This document shows, in pieces, positions 26,301 through 37,801 of a stretch of 64,000 nt of DNA. Both the position numbers and the translations under genes were made by a program. Numbering within the stretch: the first letter of the stretch is position 1; each line of letters opens with the position of its first letter. The DNA comes from an uncultured Planctomycetaceae bacterium (lineage in GTDB: Bacteria > Planctomycetota > Planctomycetia > Planctomycetales > Planctomycetaceae). Below the pieces are notes generated by a model. That model ran no database searches, was not told the origin of the DNA, and was given only the letters and a program-made list of their open reading frames with translations. The DNA lies in assembly GCA_963815195.1 (NCBI GenBank), contig CAWFGE010000023.1, positions 32,001 to 96,000 on the forward strand, given 5' to 3'.

Positions 26301-26714
26301 GAAGACATCGGTCCGCGGGGGCAAAACGCCGTGGCCGGCCATGTACGCGCCCGCTTTGACGTGCACCAACGTCGCCGTTTCGCCGATCTGCGTGCAGGCG
26401 AAGAGCACCGCCAACAGCACGACCGCGAACCGCAGCATGAAATCGTTCCGGAGCGCCTCGTCTTCGATGATTTCCGGCGTCAGCTCGATTTGCTGGGGAA
26501 GCTCCTCCGCCGGGGCGTTCTCGGCCGGTTTTTCCTCGCCGCTGGAAGGTTGATCCGCGGCGGATTCCTCGGCGGCCGGCTGATCCCCGGTCGTCGGTGT
26601 TTTCTCATCCTCCGTTTCCTCCGCGGATTGCATCGGGGAACCGGCGGAAGTATCGGAAGAGGTCATGGCATCGTCTGACTGGCGAGAAACAGTCTCATCG
26701 TGCGGAGCAATCAC
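23325..26714 (-). CDS. Multi-pass membrane protein (GT-C-like) with C-terminal TPRs; two compensating frameshifts (~24430, ~24030)
   Basis: About 12 hydrophobic segments; loop H..AG.......PP.TD.F..T....PW....WL; TPR segment LLQAIAAYNQAIVADPDNAG is read in ORF 23308..24441. Confidence 0.7.
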   Translation of the reverse strand: MIAPHDETVSRQSDDAMTSSDTSAGSPMQSAEETEDEKTPTTGDQPAAEESAADQPSSGEEKPAENAPAEELPQQIELTPEIIEDEALRNDFMLRFAVVLLAVLFACTQIGETATLVHVKAGAYMAGHGVLPPRTDVFTHTAAKQPWVNLSWLFDLFAAGVYAAGGAIALTIVKALIAGATFFLLLKAVKRPVPSWWASICAALALIVCAGQLTFEPQLITLLGLALTLWIIFRWQPADSPASLWPLVPVFLVWCNMDPRAFFGLIVLILLALGEGLGLFAGRCFQSDEAKRRQLWLMVPVSIGVFFINPFFWHSLISPASLYGREYPAWRELMELAGGSLHSYLPLTAAAFWQNLTLPVITALVLAATVPVTFALNWRNIAPAQGLLFLGMAGLGLANSHDLTAASLVFAALAALNAQEWYAESFRQGYSVELSERVFSVGGRAVTALAFFGLAFLAVSGRLLGPGSNRLGFGFRPSLANLIEGIREDLNETEVPGNGFNFSIRQGDVLIWLDRKPFIDTRLNVFTQDGADSVFARYRRFAEALSPLAVQRDETQKAFQARRLARAELLEKSKKQFEEYEITHAVVSLGPDVPQYGVLFNLFRYSDWRPIRLGPMAAWFYRYNPEKSGLNDRTYLAEHGLDFFELAFRTEEKTGEKADAESPGYFPRPPGWTDELFASPSRQTNPPDALLAWHYTVLINDYLLPERSTLTFRNPGDVQALEIINQTGLAMGNLAIRHAHKALEKNPNSTLAYRALAECCLRLVLWNRRPASYTASRWEIPSGGCCKRLPLTTRRSSPTPTMPACTAVWARSTRIPIGTTWPSASSSDSWNSRKCRTKTISKPRKPTNADCESSRTSKTRSNRFRRRSTRRPRTKPLRSNSPTWPKRAAACSWRSKLLETADESQLSNPLVSMIQAGLELEAGEIEEAYQSLGRLEGVMKEQGAAGSSAQGKDLIAMSALVVGEYERAIDLWSTEADEMMEAMMFATLGTLPMAERPIDPPLFRRVGDDWASANWQMGYVLTQQLPQMADGPLFNAALSDLERGRPKKAAERLKRLLDINPESIYRPLAALYIGHATGESVDLLPPSAFIPTWPGMFAPDPAEKPQKPEPPKPNETQQPNTTEKQPRGK

Positions 26715-26850
26715 GGGAGAACTCTGACTCCTGCGCGTTAGGATGTAAGATGGGTCGTCGAACGGGAAAGGCTCAGGTTTCCATCATACTGGAACGGCAA
26801 CCCCGTTGCCCAACCCAATGAGGGGTTCGGTTTTCAGTTTTTCGGTGTTT

Positions 26851-26922
26851 AGCCGCGAAGCGGAGGGCGCCTGGAAGCGAACCGTTTCCCCAGAAATCCG
26901 TTGCTGTCGCCGCTACGCGGCT
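26851..26922. repeat. REP-like inverted repeat AGCCGCGAAGCGG...CCGCTACGCGGCT
   Basis: Imperfect 13-bp arms in intergenic region. Confidence 0.6.
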
Positions 26923-27005
26923 GAGGAATAAAAAAAACGCTTACTTCGTGCGGCCCTCAAGATATAAACATCATTTTCCGAGTATTTGGGAACGGATGAA
27001 TTTCC

Positions 27006-28187
27006 ATGATGACCAGTCGATCAAACCTTCCCGCGCTTTTGGGTGGAGACGCCGTTCGTCCGCAGGGGCCGCCCGCTTGGCCGCCGGAGCGGGCGGATGT
27101 GCGTGCGGCCGTGGAGGCTGCGCTCGCGGATGGCAGTTGGGGACTCTACGACGGACCGCACACCAAGGCCCTCGAACAGCAATTGGCGGCGGATCATCAC
27201 TCCGAGCATGTCGTGCTGTGTTCCAGCGGCACGGTCGCCGTGGAACTCACTCTCCGGGGCGTGCCGGTGGGAAGCGACGACGAGGTGATCCTCGCCGATT
27301 ATGATTTCTCGGGGAACATGCAAAACATATTGGCGCTGGGTGCCAGGCCGGTGCTCGTCGATATCGATCCCCAGACCGGCACGCTCGACCCGATGGATTT
27401 TTCTAAAGCGATCACCCCGCAAACCAAAGCCGTGCTGGTGTCCCATCTCCACGGCGGGATGGCGAACTTGCCCGCGATTTTGGAAATGGCGCATCGGCAT
27501 TCGATCGCGGTGATTGAAGACGCCTGCCAGATGCCGGGGGCGAAACGGAACCATCGCTTGGCGGGAAGTTTTGGCGATGTTGGCGTGTTGAGCTTCGGCG
27601 GCAGCAAACTCGTCACCGCCGGGCGCGGCGGAGCGCTCATCACCAAGGACGCGGGCATCGCCCAGCGAATCCGGTTGTATCGCCTCCGCGGGAACAACGC
27701 CTATCCGCTTTCGGAACTCCAAGCCGCCGCGATTCTCCCGCAATGGCAGCGGTTGGAAATCGATAACGAAACCCGCACTTTGGCCGTGGACTCGTTAGTT
27801 GAACAACTGCCGAAAGACGGCGGCCTCGCCCCGTTTCAAAACCCGCCCGGCGACTTGCAGCCGGCGTTTTACAAACTGGGATTCTGGTACTCGCAGGAAT
27901 TCTTTGAAGGCCTGTCGCGCGAGACGTTTGCGCGGGCGATGCGGGCGGAGGGGCTTGCCCTCGATCCCGGTTTTCGGGCCTTGCATTTGACGCACAGCAA
28001 GCGCCGGTATCGATCCGTCGGCGATCTTCTCCACGCAACCCGCGCGGATGCCGAAGTCCTCACGCTGCATCATCCGATGTTATTGGAAGGCGAACCTGGC
28101 GTTGCCGAGTTCTTATCGGCCCTCGAAAAAATCCGCCAACACGCGAAGTCATTGCGCGAGTGGGAAGTGCAATCAGCCCCGGGATAG
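27006..28187 (+). CDS. DegT/DnrJ/EryC1/StrS-family aminotransferase
   Basis: SSGTVA, IEDACQ, SFGGSK PLP lysine motif. Confidence 0.9.
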   Translation: MMTSRSNLPALLGGDAVRPQGPPAWPPERADVRAAVEAALADGSWGLYDGPHTKALEQQLAADHHSEHVVLCSSGTVAVELTLRGVPVGSDDEVILADYDFSGNMQNILALGARPVLVDIDPQTGTLDPMDFSKAITPQTKAVLVSHLHGGMANLPAILEMAHRHSIAVIEDACQMPGAKRNHRLAGSFGDVGVLSFGGSKLVTAGRGGALITKDAGIAQRIRLYRLRGNNAYPLSELQAAAILPQWQRLEIDNETRTLAVDSLVEQLPKDGGLAPFQNPPGDLQPAFYKLGFWYSQEFFEGLSRETFARAMRAEGLALDPGFRALHLTHSKRRYRSVGDLLHATRADAEVLTLHHPMLLEGEPGVAEFLSALEKIRQHAKSLREWEVQSAPG

Positions 28188-28223
28188 CGCCGTGCCGCTC
28201 ACAGAATACGAACCGTTGCGGCA

Positions 28224-29969
28224 TCAGTTTGCGTTGGGCGTGCCGGGAGCGGTTTTGGCCGCCAGGCGGTGCGGGGTGAGTTTCACGAGCACCAGATCGC
28301 CTTCGAGGGGTTCCTGGTCGTGTTGGCCTTTGGGTAGTCGGGCCAGGGAGCGAGCTTCGCCGAGGGTTTGCAGTTCCCGCACAAAATGCGCGTAGCCCAG
28401 GACGTAAAGCCGGCCCTCTTCTTCCAAAGTCTGCCGGATCGAAGCCGGCGTTTCGCGGCGGAACACGGGCGACCCCAGGTGGTACACAATCGGGTCGAGT
28501 TCCATGCGATACACGCACACGGGCCGATTCGGCACGACCTCCTCGCGAATCTCCGCCGCGAACTCCTGGACCCTCATCCGGCGGTCGCAGTGCGGAAGAA
28601 TCCAGCCCGCGACCACCACGCCTCCGACCACGATCGTCAACACGTTGAGTGCCATCGCGGGAAATACCCGGCGGGAGTTGAGCAAAATCCAGCCCGCTCC
28701 CTCGGCGAACGTCAGGAGCACCGCCAGGATCACCGCGGGCCCCGTGAGTGCCGGCCATTGTTTCGCCATCGCCGCAACGAGAACCGCGCCCAATGCGAGA
28801 TTCATCCCGATCAACAGCCCGATCCAGTTCCAAGGCAGCCGCCAGCGGCCTTCCCGGAACTTGTGCAAAGACTCGGAAAGGCTCCGGGCCGCGAGCAGGG
28901 TCAACATCGGCATCATGGCCAGCAGATAATGCTTGTGCTTGCTGACGGAGAGCATCACGATGACCAACTGCGTCAAACACCACACCCAGAGAAACCGCTC
29001 CTTCGGGTCTTTTTCTTTCCAAGCGGCGCGCCAACTTCGGCGGACGGATGCGAACGCGAACAGCGTCCAGGGCATGGGCATCCACAGAAAAAACGGCAGG
29101 TAATACAACAGCGGATGCGATCCCATCTCGCCGAACGCCCGGCCGACCGTCTCCCGCCGCCAGATTTCCCAGGCGTCGGGCACATGCCGGAGCACCAACA
29201 TCGGCCACGCAAGGGCGGCCGCCAAAAAGCAAACCCAGCCCAGCGGGTGCACAAACTTTTTGAGCTGATCCCAGCGGCGTTCGATGAGCACAAACACCGC
29301 AGCGGGTGCGAGGACCATCGTCGGCCCGTAATGAAACTTCGCCAGCCACGCCAGCGAAAGCAATCCGTAAACCGCCAGCCAGCGAAAGAACGACCGCCGG
29401 GAAGATTCGCCCAGCGGCTCGTCGGCGATGAGGAACAGGGCGGTCGTCGTGAACAGGCACAAGGCCATGTCGATCTCGGCTTTGCGGGCGAAGATCACAA
29501 ACCAGGCTGAAGTCAGTTGCACAAACGCCGCCGCCCAGCCCACGCGCGGCCCGTACCAGCGCCAGGCCCATACGCCCATCAAACCCGCCAACAACAGCCC
29601 CGCGAACGCCGACGGCAGCCGGGCCGAGAGCGGCGAAAGTCCGCCGAGCATCCGGGCGGAGCCGGCTACAATCCAATAGGCGAGAGGCGGTTTTCGCAGG
29701 CGCTCGAGGCCGCCGAACTTGGGCAGGATCCAATCGCCGGTTTCGAGCATTTCCCGCGCGGGGACGACGGCGTAGACTTCGTGCGAGCTGAACGTGCGAA
29801 ACGATCCCAGCCGATAAAACAGCACCATCCCCGCCACGACGACGAACCCCGCCAAGGCCCACCGCCAGGAGCAAATCCGCCCCGGTTCCGGCGGTCGCGC
29901 GGACGCGGACGGTTCCCTATCGATTGACGCCCGCCGGCGCGATGAGGCCCGCGGAAGGGTGATTCTCAT
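28224..29969 (-). CDS. ArnT/PMT-like (GT39/GT83) membrane glycosyltransferase
   Basis: HEVYAVVPAREMLETGDWILP, KPPLAYW, ARLPSA, EIDMAL, KHKHYLL. Confidence 0.88.
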   Translation of the reverse strand: MRITLPRASSRRRASIDREPSASARPPEPGRICSWRWALAGFVVVAGMVLFYRLGSFRTFSSHEVYAVVPAREMLETGDWILPKFGGLERLRKPPLAYWIVAGSARMLGGLSPLSARLPSAFAGLLLAGLMGVWAWRWYGPRVGWAAAFVQLTSAWFVIFARKAEIDMALCLFTTTALFLIADEPLGESSRRSFFRWLAVYGLLSLAWLAKFHYGPTMVLAPAAVFVLIERRWDQLKKFVHPLGWVCFLAAALAWPMLVLRHVPDAWEIWRRETVGRAFGEMGSHPLLYYLPFFLWMPMPWTLFAFASVRRSWRAAWKEKDPKERFLWVWCLTQLVIVMLSVSKHKHYLLAMMPMLTLLAARSLSESLHKFREGRWRLPWNWIGLLIGMNLALGAVLVAAMAKQWPALTGPAVILAVLLTFAEGAGWILLNSRRVFPAMALNVLTIVVGGVVVAGWILPHCDRRMRVQEFAAEIREEVVPNRPVCVYRMELDPIVYHLGSPVFRRETPASIRQTLEEEGRLYVLGYAHFVRELQTLGEARSLARLPKGQHDQEPLEGDLVLVKLTPHRLAAKTAPGTPNAN

Positions 29970-30360
29970 TCTCGCATCCCTGCGAAAGACGGGTTCATCC
30001 AATGGTCAGCGTGAGGCAGGCCGGTTCGCCGTGGTCTAGTCTCACAATCCACAGACCGCCGCGATGATCGCTGCGTTCGCAGTGCGAAACGTCATGCCCA
30101 CCTCCGCTTTATGAAATCGCGGAGTTTTTAGTGCAAACTTGCTAACGACTCAAGGGCAAATGAGACGGGAAGGAAAGACGGGAAGGCAGGGAAAGATGGT
30201 AAGACGAAGCCCGGTAACGTTCCCGCTAGCGGAGCAATTCGGGTTCGGCCTGCCCTGACGGAACTGCCGATCAGGTTGGAAAAATCGCGAGATCCGGGTG
30301 CGCTTTTTGACGTTGCCCTGAACCAGACGGTCCCCATGTCTGGTTTGAGGAAGCCGGGTC

Positions 30361-31495
30361 ATGTTTCTGCCCATCGGCACCGATGCGCCCATTTATTATC
30401 GCCCCTTCGTCACCTCGGCGATTATCGTGGCCAACATCGTCGCGTTTGTCAAAACTGGCGGCGGCGAAATGGCCGAGGGCTGGCTGCTCAGTTTCGGGCG
30501 CGGCTTGCATCCAGGCGAATGGCTCGCTTCGGCCTTTCTGCACTTCGGCATCGCGCATCTTGTCGGCAATATGGTGTTTCTCTTCATCTTCGGCCTGGTG
30601 ATCGAAGGGAAAGTCGGCCCGCTACGGTTCGCGTTGCTGTACGTCGCATTGTGCCTCATGGACGGCTTCGCCGGCCAATTTCTGATGCTGAACTACACCG
30701 GCGAGTCGCTGGGAGCCGGCGGAGCTTCCGGCGTCATCTTTGCCATGCTCGTCATCGCCTGGCTTTGGGCGCCGCAAAACTGCATCGAGTTTGTGTTCAT
30801 CTTCCGCTACCACTGGATCAATACGTTCGAGCTGACCCTGCAAACGGTGGCTCTGTATTACCTCGGCACGAATATCCTCTTCGCCTGGGCGATCGGATTT
30901 GAAGTGAGCACGCCCGTGCTGCATCTGCTCGGAGCGGGCGTGGGATTGGGGGCCGGGCTGTGGATGCTCAAAAAGAAGTGGGTCGATTGCGAAGGCTGGG
31001 ACTTGCTTTCGCTGCGCGGCGGTGACTGTCCGCGGCAGGAATCGATGGACGCGCTGCCGACTCGCGCGACTCCCGAAGCGGCATCCGATCGGCCCGATCT
31101 CCGAAGGCGTCTGCGGGAGGTGGAAACCGCTGTCAGCGAAGGCCGATTTGACGAAGCCTGGGAATCGTACTCGGCCCTCCGGCATTCGCAACATCTCCCT
31201 AAGGATTTGCTGGAAAGGCTCCTTAAAGGTGTCGTGCGTGCGGGGAACTGGAGGGCCGCGGCCGAGTTGCTGCGGGAGTTTTTGGAGCGATTTGACGAAG
31301 AGACCGTTCGCCGCCGGCTCGCGCTTGCGTCCCTCTTGACCCGCCACCTCGAACGTCCGCGCGGCACTCAAGGTGCTCGAGGAAATCCAGCGATGGAGAT
31401 TGGAACCGCGGGACGCAGAGCGTTTTGAGCAAATTCAGGCCGAAGCGTGCCGGCGAATCGCGGACGGGGTGCTGGAACTCGGGGACTCCACCTGA
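30361..31495 (+). CDS. Rhomboid-family intramembrane serine protease with helical/TPR-like C-terminus, frameshift at ~31362
   Basis: FLHFGIAHLVGNM, GASG, HLLGAGVG motifs; shifted frame AALKVLEEIQ...DGVLELGDST* ends at 31495. Confidence 0.85.
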
Positions 31496-31557
31496 TCGCA
31501 AACGCGAACCGGATTCATCGGAAGAGCTCAGCCGGCTGACGCCGACCGCTCGCCGGG

Positions 31558-32973
31558 TTAGACGCGAAGGCGTCTCCAAGCGAAAACGCCGAGGAACAAT
31601 AATATCCCCGCGAAGGTGACGACCGGGAAAATCCAGCCGAACCAAAGTTCCTCGGGCGCCGGCGGCGGCGCTTCGTTCCAGCGCACGTTTTTGACGGGTG
31701 CCGGAGGCGAATCCAGGTTGGCCGAGCCCGCGTACAGGAAGCGGGGCGTCTCCACGGAGTTGGGCGGCGGCAACGGCGGCGCGGGCGTGGTCATCAGCGA
31801 GGGATCCGTCATCGCCAGTTCGACCGGGGGCAACGCGGATTCCTCCGCAGCCGGCGGAGCCAGCGGCAAGTCGGGAAGCGGCGGGTCGGCCGGCGGATTG
31901 AGCTGCCCCTCCACCGTCACCGTCGCCCCCTGATTGGCACTCACCCGCCGGGCATCGACTTTGAACGTTCGGCGGTGCCTTTGGCCGGGAGCAATCCGAG
32001 CCTCTGTGGGAGGGGCCGGGATCAATGTTTCCGGGGCGACCGCGGCTTCCTTCATTGCGGAGGTCGCATGGGCCTTGGACTCTGAACCGCTTTCGACGGG
32101 AGCCAACAACTCGGCGGCCGGCGGCTGTTTCTCCGTTGGAAATTCAATGCTGAGCTCGGGCGGCTGGGGGTTCTGATCGGAAGTCGAAGTGGATTCGGTT
32201 GGCAACGGGGGCGCGGGTGGCGGAGCGTAGGGCAGTTTCAGCCGATCCTGCAATGTCCGCACCAGGTCGCCGGGCAGATCTTCGTCCGGGCCAAAAAACA
32301 ATTCCGCCCCCTCCGCCAACTGCTCCGCCGCAATCGCCCAGCGGAGCGCGTCCTCGTATTCGCCGACCTGCATCTCGCGGCGGGCGGTTTGCATCATCGT
32401 CGCAACCCGCCGGCGAGCGGTCTTGGTTTGATCGAAGTCCTTCGGAGCCAATGGAGTTTTGGCATCGTGCCGAATCGCAATCTTGAGCCGCTCCAATTGA
32501 GACGGGCTTTGGAATTCCGGCGGCTCGGTCGGGACCCGCTCGATCGCCGGCTCCGAAGGGGCCGGCGGGGAAAGATCGTGGACGGCCGTCTGATGTTGCG
32601 CCAATCGCACTGGGTCGTCCGGGGGTTCCAGAACGGCAGGCAACGGGGGAACGGCGGCGGGATCGAAAGAGTTCCCAGCGTCGGAAAAACCGTCAGTCCC
32701 CGCAAGCTCTTGTTCTGAAATGGGTTCCGCGGATTTTAAGAAGGGATTCTCGGTCCAGTGCTCACCCCAGAACTTGGGCAGAATGTTTGTAAAGCGGGGT
32801 TCGACGTGTTGGCTGTCGAGGGTGTGGGACGGAGCGTGATCGAAGCCCCAAAACCTCCGGAACGCCGATTCGCCGCCCCGCTGGGCACACCCCAACGGAA
32901 GGACCATCCCCGCCACCAGAACGGCGAGAGCCCCGCCGCGGCGAAGCGTCGAATTGGGAACCCGGAAACGCAT
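31558..32973 (-). CDS. Proline-rich putative lipoprotein with C-terminal TM anchor
   Basis: LPLGC lipobox-like signal; Pro-rich linkers; C-terminal WIFPVVTFAGILLFLGVFAWRRLRV. Confidence 0.65.
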   Translation of the reverse strand: MRFRVPNSTLRRGGALAVLVAGMVLPLGCAQRGGESAFRRFWGFDHAPSHTLDSQHVEPRFTNILPKFWGEHWTENPFLKSAEPISEQELAGTDGFSDAGNSFDPAAVPPLPAVLEPPDDPVRLAQHQTAVHDLSPPAPSEPAIERVPTEPPEFQSPSQLERLKIAIRHDAKTPLAPKDFDQTKTARRRVATMMQTARREMQVGEYEDALRWAIAAEQLAEGAELFFGPDEDLPGDLVRTLQDRLKLPYAPPPAPPLPTESTSTSDQNPQPPELSIEFPTEKQPPAAELLAPVESGSESKAHATSAMKEAAVAPETLIPAPPTEARIAPGQRHRRTFKVDARRVSANQGATVTVEGQLNPPADPPLPDLPLAPPAAEESALPPVELAMTDPSLMTTPAPPLPPPNSVETPRFLYAGSANLDSPPAPVKNVRWNEAPPPAPEELWFGWIFPVVTFAGILLFLGVFAWRRLRV

Positions 32974-33301
32974 CCGTCGGACCTTGATGTTTGTTCAGAT
33001 TGGAAGCTCAGCGCAGCCGCGATGTTGTTCCTGTCTCTTCTTGATCGACGGATTCGATTTTTCGGCGTGAGGTCGATTGGGCGGAGTGGGCAAAAATCTC
33101 TCAATTTGCGGGAGCCCAAGAGCCGCGCACGAAGTAAGCGGTTTTTCTAGATTTACAGATCGCGATACCGCTTACTTCGTACGCGGCTCTGGCGTTTTTT
33201 AAGCATATGTTCAGTAACAGTTTGCTCTCGCTTGCGAGCCTTTGCTTGTGGTAGAACCCCGCGGTTGACTCAGAAGAACACAACACAAGGAGAGGGAACC
33301 G

Positions 33302-34063
33302 ATGCGAGTGGTGGGGATCATCCCGGCGAGAGGCGCGTCGAGCCGGCTGCCCGGGAAATTGTTGCTGGCCGACACCGGAAAGCCTTTGCTGCAATACACT
33401 TGGGAAGCGGCGTCGCGGTCGGGCCGGCTGGCGGACTTGATCGTCGCCACCGACAGCCCGGAGATTTTCGCGGCCGCCGAAGCCTTCGGCGGCCGGGCCG
33501 AGATGACGGGCGAACACGCCAGCGGCACCGACCGCATCGCCGAGGTCGCCCGCCGCTGCTGCCCGGAGGCGAAGATTCTCGTCAACGTCCAAGGCGACGA
33601 GCCGGAACTCGATCCGCGGCAGATCGATGTGCTCGTCGAGACGCTTTTGTCTCACCCCGAAACGGAAATGGCCACGCTCGCCGCGCCGATTCGCAGCCGG
33701 TCTGTGCTCGAAGATCCATCGTGCACGAAAGTAGTGTGTGCGGCGGACGGGCGGGCCCTGTATTTCAGCCGGGCCGCGATTCCGTTCTGCCGGGATGCGG
33801 GGCCCGAGCAAATCGAGGAACTCCTGGCTCACGAGTCCCCGTGGAAGCTGCATTTGGGGATTTACGCCTATCGCCGGGATTTTTTGCTGCGATTGACGAA
33901 ATTGCCGCCGTCGCCCTTGGAACGGCTGGAGAAATTGGAGCAATTGCGCGCATTGGAAGCCGGGGCGTCCATTCAGGTCGCGATTGTGGACCATTATGCA
34001 GTTGGCATCGACACGCCGGGCGATTATGCTCAGTTCGTCGCCCGGCAGTGCCGCGCCGCTTAA
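33302..34063 (+). CDS. kdsB: 3-deoxy-manno-octulosonate cytidylyltransferase
   Basis: IIPARGASSRLPGK, SGTDRIAE, NVQGDEP, ALYFSR, EKLEQLRALE. Confidence 0.96.
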   Translation: MRVVGIIPARGASSRLPGKLLLADTGKPLLQYTWEAASRSGRLADLIVATDSPEIFAAAEAFGGRAEMTGEHASGTDRIAEVARRCCPEAKILVNVQGDEPELDPRQIDVLVETLLSHPETEMATLAAPIRSRSVLEDPSCTKVVCAADGRALYFSRAAIPFCRDAGPEQIEELLAHESPWKLHLGIYAYRRDFLLRLTKLPPSPLERLEKLEQLRALEAGASIQVAIVDHYAVGIDTPGDYAQFVARQCRAA

Positions 34064-34081
34064 CCATCCATCAACAGATGA

Positions 34082-35809
<1,728 letters not shown>

Positions 35810-35895
35810 TCCTCCGCGCGAATACCCAGTGGTCGGGAACTTCGACCGAACAAACCAGTCGCACCCGAACCAAGACAATGCTGGATTTCCACCGG

Positions 35896-36789
35896 TCAAC
35901 GGGGCCAATCGAAACGCACGACGCGGCCGGTGTCGAAGCCGCACACAAAGCTTTGCCCCAACGGGTCCGCATGCACGCGGACGACGGGATCGGGGGCTTC
36001 CGCCGCCCAGTGCAGATGGCCCTGGGGGTTCATGCGGTACAGATAATTCTCCTGCGTGGCGACGATGATCGCCGAACCGTCGACGCTCGTGGAAAGCCGG
36101 CTGGGGGAACCCTTGAGGACGTAGGAAGCAAACGGGCAGCCTTCGCCGTCATAAACCTGAATGCCGTGGCTGTAGCTTGCGAGGAAGACATGCCGGCCGT
36201 CGCCCGTGATGGCGAGATCGCCCACGGTGTTCCAGAGTTTCTCGTCCCACACGGGTTCGCCGTCGAATTGCTGCCGTTGGAGCAATCCGTAATCCGCCGA
36301 TCCGATCAACGCGGGCTCGGTCATCACAAACCTCAAAAAATGCAGCGGGCGAAAGGAGTCGAACTCGCAGACTCGGCGTTTGTTTTCGCCGATGATCAAC
36401 GTCTCGCTCGTATCCAAAGCGGCGGCGATGTATTGGCCGAAGGGATCCATGGCGACGGCGTGGATCGTTCCGGGAAGTTGCATCGTCCAGCGGATCTGCA
36501 ATTGCCGGTCGAAGCGGCAGATCTCCGACTTGCCCAAGACCGCGGCCCCGTCGGTGCCGGTTTCGCTCCAGGCCAAAATTCGCAGCTGCTTAAATCCCCG
36601 CGTCATCAACTGAACGCGGCCCCGGCGGTCCAAGCGGTACAGGCCGCCCAGGACATCGGCCGCCAACGTGTCGCCGGTTTCGCGGGCGAATTGGACATCG
36701 GCGAGCGGCGCATCTGTCGCAAACGCCCATGTCTGCGCGGGAGGCGAACCGTTGCCCGAATGGAGCCAATCGGAATCTTCGCGGGGCAT
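35896..36789 (-). CDS. WD40/PQQ-like beta-propeller protein
   Basis: Repeated blade motifs (AVAMDPFGQYIAAA, LAITGDGRHVF); GGAGG RBS before ATG 36789. Confidence 0.7.
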   Translation of the reverse strand: MPREDSDWLHSGNGSPPAQTWAFATDAPLADVQFARETGDTLAADVLGGLYRLDRRGRVQLMTRGFKQLRILAWSETGTDGAAVLGKSEICRFDRQLQIRWTMQLPGTIHAVAMDPFGQYIAAALDTSETLIIGENKRRVCEFDSFRPLHFLRFVMTEPALIGSADYGLLQRQQFDGEPVWDEKLWNTVGDLAITGDGRHVFLASYSHGIQVYDGEGCPFASYVLKGSPSRLSTSVDGSAIIVATQENYLYRMNPQGHLHWAAEAPDPVVRVHADPLGQSFVCGFDTGRVVRFDWPR

Positions 36790-36844
36790 CAATTCCTCCA
36801 AAGTGGGTCGCGCGGAACATGCTAACGTCCATTTCGACCACGAG

Positions 36845-36871
36845 AACCGGGGCTTACGCCCCACGCTCGCC
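36845..36871. repeat. REP-like palindrome overlapping the histidine kinase stop codon
   Basis: AACCGGGGCTTACGCCCCACGCTCGCC, near-copy of 22495..22523. Confidence 0.65.
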
Positions 36872-37618
36872 GGGGGAATACACGGGCAGGGTAAAGCAGA
36901 AGTTGCAGCCCTGGCCGGGTTCGGTTTCGCACCAAAGTCTGCCGCCGTGCTGCTCGATATACGCCCGGCTGAAGGCCAGTCCCAAACCGAGGCCGTCCTC
37001 TTTCGTGGTGAAGAACTTCTCGAAAACCTTCTCGATCATTTCCGGCGGGATGCCCGGCCCCTGATCGCGGACGGAGACCTCCACGAATTCGGGCTCATCG
37101 TTCTGAAGCGAAATCGTAATTCTCCGCCCGTCGAGTCTCACCTTCAGCATTGCCTGCATCGCGTTGAGCATCAGGTTCACGAGCACCAGCGTGATTTGCG
37201 CGGGGTCGGCCAGCACGGGCGGAATGTCCGCTGTGTGGATCCTTTCGAGTTGCACGCACTTCTGGCGGAACTTGCTTCGCATCAAGAGTTCCGACTGCTC
37301 GATGATCGCCGGCAACCGCACCGGCACCCGCTCGCTGGTGCGGGTGCGGACGAACTGCTGAATCATCATCAGCACGTCCCGCATGTAGTGGGCTTGCTCT
37401 TCGATGTCTTGGATGCACTCGTACGCGTTTTCGACCGTCAACGTGCCCCGCTCCGCCCGGCGGTTGGCCCCGTGCGTGTATTGCAAAATCGCCGAGAGCC
37501 CGTTGGCCAAATCGTGCGCAAGGCTGGCGGCCATTTCCCCCATTCCAATCAACCGCGAGGCTTGCTTCAACCGGTTGTTGAGGTTCCGGATTTCCGCCTC
37601 GGCATCTGTGCGTCTCAT
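36854..37618 (-). CDS. Cytoplasmic histidine kinase lacking a sensor domain
   Basis: H box AHDLAN, N box NLMLNA, DQGPG, FFTTK, GLGLGL. Confidence 0.9.
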   Translation of the reverse strand: MRRTDAEAEIRNLNNRLKQASRLIGMGEMAASLAHDLANGLSAILQYTHGANRRAERGTLTVENAYECIQDIEEQAHYMRDVLMMIQQFVRTRTSERVPVRLPAIIEQSELLMRSKFRQKCVQLERIHTADIPPVLADPAQITLVLVNLMLNAMQAMLKVRLDGRRITISLQNDEPEFVEVSVRDQGPGIPPEMIEKVFEKFFTTKEDGLGLGLAFSRAYIEQHGGRLWCETEPGQGCNFCFTLPVYSPGERGA

Positions 37619-37801
37619 GGAAATGTGCTCTCCCAATTCTCAGCAAACGGCATCGGGCAGGACGTGCGAATTCCGAAGAACTCCCGCCCAGCTAAAACCG
37701 GAAATGCTGATAGGCAACTCCAGTATAGCAGGAACGGTCCTCATCCGCAGAGAACTAATCCCAGATTCTAGGGATTATACTAAGGAGAAAACCTGAAGGT
37801 T

